Source: an uncultured Candidatus Saccharibacteria bacterium (lineage in GTDB: Bacteria; Patescibacteriota; Minisyncoccia; Phycocordibacterales; DATGWK01). Taken from it: 64,000 bases of DNA. A program made the position numbers and the translations under genes. The notes beneath the pieces were generated by a model, which was not told where the DNA came from, made no database searches, and saw only the letters and a program-made list of their open reading frames with translations. Within the stretch, counting starts at the first letter, position 1. Each line of letters begins with the position of its first letter. Location: contig CAYRZH010000002.1 in the NCBI GenBank assembly GCA_964428845.1, forward strand, positions 6,924 through 70,923, written 5' to 3'. Shown here piece after piece: positions 17,613-26,079 of the stretch.

Positions 17613-18770
17613 ATGCTCTCAATAATAATTTTTATAATAATTCTTGCAGCTCTGATTATCGTTCACGAGCTCGGGCATTTTCTGGTGGCGCGTGCGGTTC
17701 GGGTTCGCGTGGACGAGTTCGGCCTCGGCTATCCACCCCGAGCGACTAGATTGTTTAAGTGGAAAGAGACGGTTTTCACCTTAAACTGGCTTCCTTTCGG
17801 TGGCTTCGTCAAGATTTTTGGAGAAAATCCAGACGAAGAATCCATCTCGGGCCCAGAAAGCAGTAGTAGTCTGGTTCATAAACCAAAACTACACCAAGCT
17901 GCTGTCGTTGTGGCGGGCGTCGTTTTCAATGTTTTATTCGCTTGGGTCCTTATATCCTTGGGATTTATGATCGGTCTTCCAACACCCATATCAAGCGGTA
18001 TCGGTGTTCACGAAGTAAAAGATCCAAAACTTGTCATAACAAGTGTTTTGTCTGGCTCACCGGCATTTGAGGAAGGTTTAAAAGCAGGGGACGTGATAGT
18101 CTCGATCTCTACCGTGGATGAGGCGGCTCTGGTAAAAACTCCAAGTGCTACGGGTGGTGCATTGGGTACATCACAAGAAACCCCAGCCGCACTCAATCCA
18201 GAAGACGTCTCTAGTTTTATAAGTCAGAACGGAGATTCCGTAATTTCCATTACATATAGCCGTGGCGGAGAAATCGGCGAATTGAAAGCAACTCCTCGTG
18301 AAGGAATCATTCCCGAGAAAAAGGCCATTGGAATATCCATGGATACGATCGGTATTTTAGAGTTGCCGATTCACAAAGCATTTTGGGAAGGAGCGAAGAC
18401 GACAGTTCTTCTTACAAAGGCGACTATTGTTGGCATTGCTACGTTTATTTATGATTCGGTTCGCGGTCACTCCGACTTGTCCCAGGTGACTGGCCCTGTG
18501 GGGATTGTGGGTCTAGTGGGAGATGCTTCTAAGCTAGGGTTCATATACATACTTTCATTTACGGCTTTCATATCCATAAATCTTGCAGTGATAAATCTTA
18601 TTCCATTTCCAGCACTCGATGGCGGTCGTCTTTTGATGATCGTGATCGAGAGCATAAAGAAGTCGCCTATAAATCCAAAGATAGCAAATAGTGTCAATGC
18701 TCTCGGTTTCATTTTGCTCATCATTCTGATGCTTGTGGTGACGGCCAATGACATCGTTCGCTTATTCTAG
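17613..18770 (+). CDS. rseP: RIP metalloprotease RseP
   Basis: HELGH, PFGGFV, PDZ, NLIPFPALDGG. Confidence 0.95.
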   Translation: MLSIIIFIIILAALIIVHELGHFLVARAVRVRVDEFGLGYPPRATRLFKWKETVFTLNWLPFGGFVKIFGENPDEESISGPESSSSLVHKPKLHQAAVVVAGVVFNVLFAWVLISLGFMIGLPTPISSGIGVHEVKDPKLVITSVLSGSPAFEEGLKAGDVIVSISTVDEAALVKTPSATGGALGTSQETPAALNPEDVSSFISQNGDSVISITYSRGGEIGELKATPREGIIPEKKAIGISMDTIGILELPIHKAFWEGAKTTVLLTKATIVGIATFIYDSVRGHSDLSQVTGPVGIVGLVGDASKLGFIYILSFTAFISINLAVINLIPFPALDGGRLLMIVIESIKKSPINPKIANSVNALGFILLIILMLVVTANDIVRLF

Positions 18771-18804
18771 CTGTTGTACTGCTAAGTATTAAAATTTTCT
18801 TGAT

Positions 18805-18837
18805 AAAAAAACACCCGCTTCCATTTTGGAAGCGGGT
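18805..18837 (-). terminator. Terminator of 18877-19476
   Basis: A7-CACCCGCTTCCA-TTT-TGGAAGCGGGT. Confidence 0.75.
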
Positions 18838-18876
18838 AACGTACTGGGTCGTGTGAACGTGGACATGGGCATAGTG

Positions 18877-19476
18877 CTACTTTCTACTGCGCCTCTTCTT
18901 CTTCGACTTCGTCGAGGTGTCCTTCCAGCCGAGCCGGCCGGTGACTTTGTAGAGATTGAGCGGGGCGCCCTTCTTGCCGTCGCGGGGTTGCTTGCCGACA
19001 ACGACGATGCCATCGAGCAGACGCGACAAGATGAGAGAAACATGGTTCGGCATAAACGCCACGGACATTCTCGACAGCTTATCGGTCACATCGTGGCGAG
19101 TGAAACGCTCCAGACCACGCATACTCTCGACTGCCTGGAGGACATGGGGCTTCAGGTCGGTCATGGACAGCTCGTTGCCGTTGCGTGGGGTGGCTCTGCG
19201 CCGGCGCCTCTTGGTCTTTGCCGGGAGCGAAGTCCTCGTTTTGGTCAGGACTGCCGGCGAAGAGTTTACCGAGTTCGCGTGCCCGGAAGACTTGCTGGAT
19301 GGGTTTGTTCCATCGAGCCGCGCGCTCACAAGCTCCAGGCCGAACGACGCACAGAGGCTATCGAAGATCCTCTGTAGCTCGGCCATGTGCCTCTGATACT
19401 TGTCCTCGTATTCCCGACATCGCCTCTCGAATTCAGCCACCAACGCCGCCTGCAGAGCCCGTCTCTTCATAGGCAT
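18877..19476 (-). CDS. Basic hypothetical protein: coiled coil + linker + probable winged helix
   Basis: AAGGAG SD, promoter TTGACA-N16-TAATAT at 19618-19591; FT..DV...L...VS..LS.L...G....LY pattern. Confidence 0.7.
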   Translation of the reverse strand: MPMKRRALQAALVAEFERRCREYEDKYQRHMAELQRIFDSLCASFGLELVSARLDGTNPSSKSSGHANSVNSSPAVLTKTRTSLPAKTKRRRRRATPRNGNELSMTDLKPHVLQAVESMRGLERFTRHDVTDKLSRMSVAFMPNHVSLILSRLLDGIVVVGKQPRDGKKGAPLNLYKVTGRLGWKDTSTKSKKKRRSRK

Positions 19477-19712
19477 ATACTTACTCCTTGCCGTTTTACG
19501 GCTTTATGCGGGCTTGGAACCCTGTTTACCTGTTACTAGATCTCCAAGGTCTAGCGACATCTGTCTACCAAAACCACCATTCTGGGGTGGATATTACACA
19601 CCCTGTACATTTTGTCAATACATGGTAATATCTGTCCCAGTGGGCCTGTAATGGTTACAGGCCATTTAATGGTTCTTTTACAAAGGAATTTAGAATCCAA
19701 GAAAGGGAAATA

Positions 19713-20018
19713 GTGCTCAAGCCACAAGTCAGAAGGGATTCTGACAACGGTTTCATAAAGGCCGTTGTTGGGAAAGTTCGTGATAATGGCAAAGGTGTAT
19801 TTGCAGTCGCCTACCTACAGAATGGTGAAACCCACCCAAATATTTCTGCTGGAGAAAGCATCACGTTTTCTCTAGACGATTGGGGGGGGAGGCTCCAACC
19901 GCGCGTTGGACAAGTTGTTCTGTTGGGGGATGTTCAGTGTTTTGCCAAGGGATGGCGTGCATTGTCTGCACGCCCCGTCACACTCGAGCCACAAGCCACA
20001 GCCACAAGAAAGGGGTAG
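19713..20018 (+). CDS. Small protein, probable OB/cold-shock-like fold
   Basis: GAAAGGG SD + GTG; beta-rich, ITF...P.VGQ.V.......KGWRA pattern. Confidence 0.65.
   Translation: MLKPQVRRDSDNGFIKAVVGKVRDNGKGVFAVAYLQNGETHPNISAGESITFSLDDWGGRLQPRVGQVVLLGDVQCFAKGWRALSARPVTLEPQATATRKG
19984..20013 (+). repeat. 30-bp perfect direct repeat, copy 1 (copy 2 at 20808-20837)
   Basis: TCGAGCCACAAGCCACAGCCACAAGAAAGG. Confidence 0.95.
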
Positions 20019-20020
20019 TT

Positions 20021-20848
20021 ATGCAGAGGAAAGTCAACAGGGGTTCAACGGCAGAATGTCTCAAGGTTTTTTCGGACGAGAATCGCTTCAATGTTACCAA
20101 CATAGCGCGGTGTCGCGTTCGCAATCAAGTCTGTACGCTTCTTAGGATATCAGCCTCGACTGGTCATGCTTGGTTTGCCAGGCAGATTCTGCCGACTGGT
20201 GTAAACATGTTCAAGTTGCAACTTCTTCTCGAAGTTTGTGGCTTTGAAATCAAAGAGCGGCAGAATCTAACTCCTCTGTCTCGCGCTCTTGCTGATCAGG
20301 TGGCCCTGAATGTTCTTTCGGTTGGAAGAGCAGCCTCATTCATTGGGTCAGATGAAGACAAGATTGTCGCGCTCGCGTCTGGTCGTGAAGGAGCCAGTCC
20401 AGATCGGATCTCGAGAACGACCGAATTAGTAGAGATGGAAAAGCCGGCGGCGGAATCAAGAATGGAATTTTTCCGTCAGTCCCTGAAAAAGTTTGGCGTA
20501 GTTTTTGCACAGGAAGCACCTTCGCAGGAGACAGTTCGTGTCGACGCAGATATGCAAGTGCCTACGTCGACTTTGTCACCATCGGCACCACCCTTGGCGA
20601 GCGACACTGATCGGACGCATGCTGTTCATGCGCTCGCGCATCTAGTTTTGGGGATCAAGCACCTTGCCGCAAGAGTGGCCTCCGACGAGTTTACTCCAGC
20701 GGAAAGAGATATGCTTCGTCGTATGACAGGTAATGGCCTTTCCAATGCGATCTTCGATCTTTCGAACATCTTTCACCGCTTGTGCGGTGAGAGAGCTCGG
20801 AGTCGAATCGAGCCACAAGCCACAGCCACAAGAAAGGAGCCGTTGTGA
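20021..20848 (+). CDS. Hypothetical protein, possibly two XRE-like HTH units
   Basis: Start re-called at ATG 20021 after GAAAGGGG; VC.LL.IS..T...W.....P and AA..IG.....I..L.SG...S patterns. Confidence 0.65.
   Translation: MQRKVNRGSTAECLKVFSDENRFNVTNIARCRVRNQVCTLLRISASTGHAWFARQILPTGVNMFKLQLLLEVCGFEIKERQNLTPLSRALADQVALNVLSVGRAASFIGSDEDKIVALASGREGASPDRISRTTELVEMEKPAAESRMEFFRQSLKKFGVVFAQEAPSQETVRVDADMQVPTSTLSPSAPPLASDTDRTHAVHALAHLVLGIKHLAARVASDEFTPAERDMLRRMTGNGLSNAIFDLSNIFHRLCGERARSRIEPQATATRKEPL
20808..20837 (+). repeat. 30-bp perfect direct repeat, copy 2
   Basis: Identical to 19984-20013. Confidence 0.95.
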
Positions 20849-22566
20849 GGAATTTCACACCGCCGTCTACTGCTGGCAGACACACCGCCATTAAGTTCAA
20901 TCAGGGCCAGGCCCTCTTGCATCTTGCTGGCATGTACCCGACTTTGCATGAGGTTATCCTCGAGCTTGTCCAAAACGCCCTAGACAAGGACGTGCGGGCA
21001 ACTCGGATCTGGATCGTTGTCAATCAAAAGACTCGGCACATCGCGGTGCGCGACAATGGTGCCGGAACAACGCTTGATAGATTCAACGAGGCACTTGCGT
21101 CAGTCGCGGAACCAGGCCGCAAGGGCGAGGGGAGTCTGGGACAGTTTGGTATCGGTCTCATTTCTCCTCTTGGTAAGTGTAAAGAGTTTGTTTTTCTCTC
21201 CTGCCCAGCACCTCATATGTACGGGTTCCAGGAGTGGACGTTTAGAACCGATCACATCACTGCGCAAAGACAGGATCTGATGATCCCTCTACGAGCTCGA
21301 GATGATCTCACGCTTCAGGATAGACCTCCTCCAGGAAAAACCCGGCTCCAGTGGCGATCGGAAATGAGCCTTACTGGTATCACGACTGATGGTGTCGTTG
21401 GTCAGATTTCCATGGACGCTCTTATCGGGGGTATTCAAGACCGCTATGCCACCGTTATGCGGCGTAACAAGACTATCATTTCGGTGGAGATCACCGACAA
21501 GGATGGTAGTGTCGAACGGCGGCCCAATGTGACGGCTTCAGACTTTCGAGGTCGTGCTCTCGAAGAGTGGACGTATGTAGAGCCCTCTGCTGGCAGGACC
21601 ACATTTCGTTTGTTTGTTGCTCCCAAGTCCAAAACGGGACGAAGCGGGCGGGTGGTTGTGGGAATCATGGGGAATGATTTCAGAATTCCACTCCACTATG
21701 TCGTCCGATCTGCGACCGCTCTTCTTGGCGAAGAAGTGGTTACGGCACTGTCGTCTGGTCTTTTCGAGGGAGAAATCATCTCTGAGTGTGCCAAACTGCA
21801 CCCAAGTCGCAGAAGTCTTGTCAAAGACGATGCTTTCATTGGCTTCTGTTTGGCTATCGAGGAGTGGTATAACCAAGTTGGGTCAAAGTGTGTTGATGAG
21901 ATTCGTCAGTCCCGACAGGAACAACGGTTCCAGGATCTGGGACTGCGATCGATGAAGGTGATCGAGGGTCTGCTCAATAATCCCGCGCTTTCATCGCTCC
22001 GGGCGGTTATCGGTTCTTTTGGCCGAGGCACGGTCAGTAGTGCTCACCATGACCCCACGAAGAAGGTCGTAGGTGAGCAGGAAAAGCCAGCCTTGTCGGT
22101 TCAGGGAGTCTTTGCCACGCCGAGTGGAGAAGACCCGGAAGATCCTGACGACGGCGGAGGATCTTCTGCCGAGAAGCCGCCTCGGCCGCCTCTCACTGTC
22201 ACAGGTCCTAGAGGTCCAAGACGGAAGATCGTGAGAAGCTCGAGCTTCGGCTTGCAGTTTGCTCATGAGCCAGTTGAGGGTTCTCCCGACTTGTGGAATC
22301 TTGACACAAGAGAGGGTGTACTGACCTTCAACATCCGGCATCCACTCTGGGTTGCCTGTGATGTGAGGGACGTTCCACTCATGAAACTGCAGGAGTGGGT
22401 GGCGATACAGGCGTTGACGCTTGAGATGATGCCTCCGGCCCTGCGCGTTCCACAACGGCTTATTTTGGATGAGATCACCGTTTCGATGGTTTCCTGGATT
22501 CTTGGTGCTGACAAAGCGAGGGGTTCTATCCCGAACCCGAAGGGTAAGAGGAGACCCTCGCAGTAA
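20845..22566 (+). CDS. GHKL (HATPase_c/Hsp90/MORC-like) ATPase domain protein
   Basis: ELVQNALD, DNGAG, GQFGIG motifs; unassigned C-terminal region. Confidence 0.85.
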   Translation: MRNFTPPSTAGRHTAIKFNQGQALLHLAGMYPTLHEVILELVQNALDKDVRATRIWIVVNQKTRHIAVRDNGAGTTLDRFNEALASVAEPGRKGEGSLGQFGIGLISPLGKCKEFVFLSCPAPHMYGFQEWTFRTDHITAQRQDLMIPLRARDDLTLQDRPPPGKTRLQWRSEMSLTGITTDGVVGQISMDALIGGIQDRYATVMRRNKTIISVEITDKDGSVERRPNVTASDFRGRALEEWTYVEPSAGRTTFRLFVAPKSKTGRSGRVVVGIMGNDFRIPLHYVVRSATALLGEEVVTALSSGLFEGEIISECAKLHPSRRSLVKDDAFIGFCLAIEEWYNQVGSKCVDEIRQSRQEQRFQDLGLRSMKVIEGLLNNPALSSLRAVIGSFGRGTVSSAHHDPTKKVVGEQEKPALSVQGVFATPSGEDPEDPDDGGGSSAEKPPRPPLTVTGPRGPRRKIVRSSSFGLQFAHEPVEGSPDLWNLDTREGVLTFNIRHPLWVACDVRDVPLMKLQEWVAIQALTLEMMPPALRVPQRLILDEITVSMVSWILGADKARGSIPNPKGKRRPSQ

Positions 22567-22595
22567 GGCAGGTGGCTCACCAGAGACATCTGACC

Positions 22596-22625
22596 ACCCC
22601 GGTACTTGTGTGCCGGGGTTTTTTT
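22596..22625 (+). terminator. Terminator of the GHKL operon
   Basis: ACCCCGGTAC-TTGT-GTGCCGGGGT + T-tract. Confidence 0.8.
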
Positions 22626-22695
22626 ATACCAAATAAAACTTGGAATTTACTTTTTTGAAGTAGACCCGTGGCGTTTTTTTGTGTACTATTTCGAC

Positions 22696-23949
22696 ATGCT
22701 GCAGTCGAAACTTTTTACGAAAACTAGAAAAAATGCTCCCAAGGATGAAGTTTCTCGAAACGCCGAGCTTCTCATCCGAGCCGGTTACATTCACAAAGAT
22801 ATGGCCGGTGTCTATTCTTTTCTACCTTTGGGTCTTCAGGTTTTAAATAATATAGTTTCCATAATCAGAGCCGAGATGAAATCGATCGGAGGTGAGGAAG
22901 TTTTCCTAGCGGCGCTTCAAGATAAAAATCTCTGGCTGAAGACTGGTAGATGGCAGGACGAAGCAATGGACAACTGGTTCAAGACGAAGCTAAAAAATGA
23001 CACCGAGCTTGGCCTTGCTGCCACTCACGAGGAACCGCTGACGAATCTTATGAAAGATCATATTCATTCATATCGGGATTTGCCTCGATACGTCTTTCAA
23101 TTCCAAACGAAGTTCAGGAATGAAACTAGAGCAAAAAGTGGAATCATGAGATGCAGAGAGTTTTTGATGAAGGATCTCTACTCATTTTCTCCAAGCGAGG
23201 AGAGTCATAAAGAGTTTTACGAAAAAGCAAAAGAATCCTACCGGAGAATTTTTGAAACCCTTGGAATAGGGGATCGGACATATTTGACCTTTTCTTCGGG
23301 CGGATCATTTTCTAGGTATTCTCACGAGTTTCAGACCCTTACGGAGGCTGGAGAAGACACAATCTTTGTACATGAGGGTAAGAAGATGGCTATAAACAAG
23401 GAGGTAATGAATGAGGAGGTTCTCGCTGATTTGGGTCTCAAGGAGTCAGATTTGGTAGAGAAAAAGGCTGTTGAAGTGGGGAATATCTTCAGTCTGGGTA
23501 CAAGATTTTCCGATGCCATAGAGCTTTCATTTGTAGACAGTGGTGGCAAAAAGATGCCAGTAGTCATGGGCAGTTATGGTATCAGTCCAGTCCGACTCAT
23601 GGGCACGATAGTAGAAGTGCTCGCGGACGAGAAGGGAATTGTCTGGCCCGAAAACATTGCTCCGTTTAAAGTTCATCTCATAGGGCTTGGCCAAGATGAT
23701 GAAACTGTTCGAAAGCAGGCCGATAAGATTTATACAGATCTGGAGGCACAGGGAATCTCCGTTTTATATGATGACCGCGATTTGCGTGCCGGTGAGAAAT
23801 TTGCCGACGCTGATTTGATCGGCATTCCATTTCGAGTGGTGGTCAGTGGAAAAACCCTAGAAGGCGGCGGGGTAGAGATAAAGAAAAGAACAGAAGAAGA
23901 AACAAAAATTATTCCAGAGAAGAAACTTAGAGAAATCCTGTCCTCCTAA
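22696..23949 (+). CDS. proS: Proline--tRNA ligase (short form)
   Basis: LLIRAGYI, THEE, FRNE.R, EF.MKD.YSF, MGSYGI; start re-called. Confidence 0.95.
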   Translation: MLQSKLFTKTRKNAPKDEVSRNAELLIRAGYIHKDMAGVYSFLPLGLQVLNNIVSIIRAEMKSIGGEEVFLAALQDKNLWLKTGRWQDEAMDNWFKTKLKNDTELGLAATHEEPLTNLMKDHIHSYRDLPRYVFQFQTKFRNETRAKSGIMRCREFLMKDLYSFSPSEESHKEFYEKAKESYRRIFETLGIGDRTYLTFSSGGSFSRYSHEFQTLTEAGEDTIFVHEGKKMAINKEVMNEEVLADLGLKESDLVEKKAVEVGNIFSLGTRFSDAIELSFVDSGGKKMPVVMGSYGISPVRLMGTIVEVLADEKGIVWPENIAPFKVHLIGLGQDDETVRKQADKIYTDLEAQGISVLYDDRDLRAGEKFADADLIGIPFRVVVSGKTLEGGGVEIKKRTEEETKIIPEKKLREILSS

Positions 23950-23952
23950 CCC

Positions 23953-25014
23953 ATGAAAAACTCGATTCTGAAACTCTATAACCTGTTATCGAACGATATC
24001 GGTATCGATCTCGGTACTGCAAATACTTTAGTGTACATGCGCGGCAGAGGGATCGTCATAAACGAGCCATCTGTAGTCGCGGTGAACCAAAAGACTGGCA
24101 GGATTGTTGCTATCGGTAGCCAGGCGAAGCAGATGCTCGGACGGACCCCTACTCACATAGTGGCTGTAAAACCATTGGTTGAGGGTGTTATTTCGGACTT
24201 TGAGGTCACAGAAGAAATGATTACCTACCTCATCAACTCTGGACAAAAGGATTCCAAGAAATTTCTAGGGCCGCGAGTGGTGGTTGGAGTTCCTTCAGGT
24301 ATCACCAATGTTGAGATCAGGGCGGTGCGTGATGCCACCAAGAACGCCGGAGCCAGAGAAGTTCATATTGTAGAAGAGCCCGTCGCTGCTGCTATTGGTA
24401 TAAGACTTCCTGTCATGGATCCGGTGGGTAGTATGGTTGTCGATATTGGAGGTGGTACCACAGATATTGCAGTCATCTCCCTTGGCGGAGTTGTCCGCTC
24501 CAAAAATGTTAGGATTGCCGGCGACAAGTTCGACAACGACATCATTTCCTATATCCGCGGGGAATTTAAAATTCTTATTGGCGACAAAACAGCAGAAAGC
24601 GTAAAACTTGCTATCGGGGCAGTTCTTCCTTCTATCCAAGGAATGGAAGCGGTTATTCGGGGTCGTGATCTTGTGACCGGTCTTCCGAAGGAGGTCGTGA
24701 TTACCGACACAGACGTTCGAGAGGCTATGTCACAGTCTATTGGCACGTTGGTGGAATCTGTAAAAGAAGTCATAGAGACGACACCACCAGAGATCCTTTC
24801 TGACGTCATGCACCGGGGGGTTTACCTTGCCGGCGGTGGGGCTCTCATCAAAGGTTTCAGCCAGCTTCTAGAAGACCATATCAAGATTCCAGTTCATATT
24901 GCCGAAGACCCCCTCACCGCTGTGGCTCGCGGAGCCGGTATCATCCTAGAAGACCTTCCTTACTTCAAAGAAGTGCTCATTGCAAACAAAGATGATTTAC
25001 CTCCGAAAAAGTAA
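23953..25014 (+). CDS. mreB: Rod shape-determining protein MreB
   Basis: IGIDLGTANT, DIGGGTT; upstream of mreC. Confidence 0.96.
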   Translation: MKNSILKLYNLLSNDIGIDLGTANTLVYMRGRGIVINEPSVVAVNQKTGRIVAIGSQAKQMLGRTPTHIVAVKPLVEGVISDFEVTEEMITYLINSGQKDSKKFLGPRVVVGVPSGITNVEIRAVRDATKNAGAREVHIVEEPVAAAIGIRLPVMDPVGSMVVDIGGGTTDIAVISLGGVVRSKNVRIAGDKFDNDIISYIRGEFKILIGDKTAESVKLAIGAVLPSIQGMEAVIRGRDLVTGLPKEVVITDTDVREAMSQSIGTLVESVKEVIETTPPEILSDVMHRGVYLAGGGALIKGFSQLLEDHIKIPVHIAEDPLTAVARGAGIILEDLPYFKEVLIANKDDLPPKK

Positions 25015-25783
25015 GAAGGGTGGTAAAAAAATAATTTTCATCAGCTCTTTGGTGATTTTGTTTCTTGTCTTAGCTTTCTTTCTGATGTCGAGAACTCCCG
25101 ACTCTCTTGCTACTGTCACAAGATCAGTAGGCTTTCCGATCTGGAAAGCCAGGAACTTTTTCGTGGATGAAACCAAAGACACTTTCAACTTTTTTCGCTC
25201 TCACAATGCCTTGATTACGGAGAATAAAAGATTGAAAGAAGAGAACGATACTCTAAGGTCAACACTTCTTGGTCTAGATACTCTCAAGTCAGAACATGAA
25301 AAACTTCTAGCCGACTTTGGGCGCAGCACTATAGAAAAAAAGGTTTTAGCTTCGGTACTGGTGAGGCCGCCACAGACGCCGTACGACACTCTCATTCTAG
25401 ACGTGGGAAGTGACAACGGAATCATTCCCGGCAATATCTTTTATAGTATGAGCGGCTTTGCTCTCGGTACCATAAACGATGTTACCAAACGGACTTCGAA
25501 AGCCATTCTTTTTTCTAGCACCGATGTTGAAGTTGAGGGGCTGGTCGAACGTAGTGGTTTTCCCATCAATCTCCGGGGTAAGGGAGGAGGAATTTTTGAA
25601 GTTCAGGCCCCGCAGGACGCAGATATCCTGAAGGACGATGTCGTTATTATGCCAACCTTGAGGGGTTCAATAATCGGTTTTGTAGCCGACATAGAATCAA
25701 GCGTTACGAGTGCCTTCAGGCGCGTTCTTGTTCAGATACCTATAAATGTTTCGCACCTGCGTTTCGTCCAGGTCGAGATCTGA
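24992..25783 (+). CDS. mreC: Rod shape-determining protein MreC
   Basis: TM + coiled coil (EN.RLKEEN) + LD.GS..GI; position in the operon. Confidence 0.88.
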   Translation: MIYLRKSKKGGKKIIFISSLVILFLVLAFFLMSRTPDSLATVTRSVGFPIWKARNFFVDETKDTFNFFRSHNALITENKRLKEENDTLRSTLLGLDTLKSEHEKLLADFGRSTIEKKVLASVLVRPPQTPYDTLILDVGSDNGIIPGNIFYSMSGFALGTINDVTKRTSKAILFSSTDVEVEGLVERSGFPINLRGKGGGIFEVQAPQDADILKDDVVIMPTLRGSIIGFVADIESSVTSAFRRVLVQIPINVSHLRFVQVEI

Positions 25784-25803
25784 CGTTCGATAGCATTGTA
25801 GTA

Positions 25804-26079
25804 ATGAAAAAATTAATTATAAGAATAATAGTCAATGTCGCCGCAGCATTAAGTATTTTTATTATGCCTTGGTGGTTCTCCCTCCTTCTTATCATCAGTT
25901 TTCTCTTTTTATTTAATAATTATTATGAAATATTATTTTGGGGGTTTCTCATAGATGTCCTCTACGGAGTTCCTAACCATTCCTTTTTTCAGACCAATAT
26001 GTTATTTACCTCGATCTCATTTTTGGCTTTGGTCGTTTCTTTCTTTGCTAAGCGCAATCTAAGTATATATTCATCATGA
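25804..26079 (+). CDS. Small membrane protein, MreD-like
   Basis: Hydrophobic, G.LID.LYG motif, between mreC and mrdA. Confidence 0.65.
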   Translation: MKKLIIRIIVNVAAALSIFIMPWWFSLLLIISFLFLFNNYYEILFWGFLIDVLYGVPNHSFFQTNMLFTSISFLALVVSFFAKRNLSIYSS

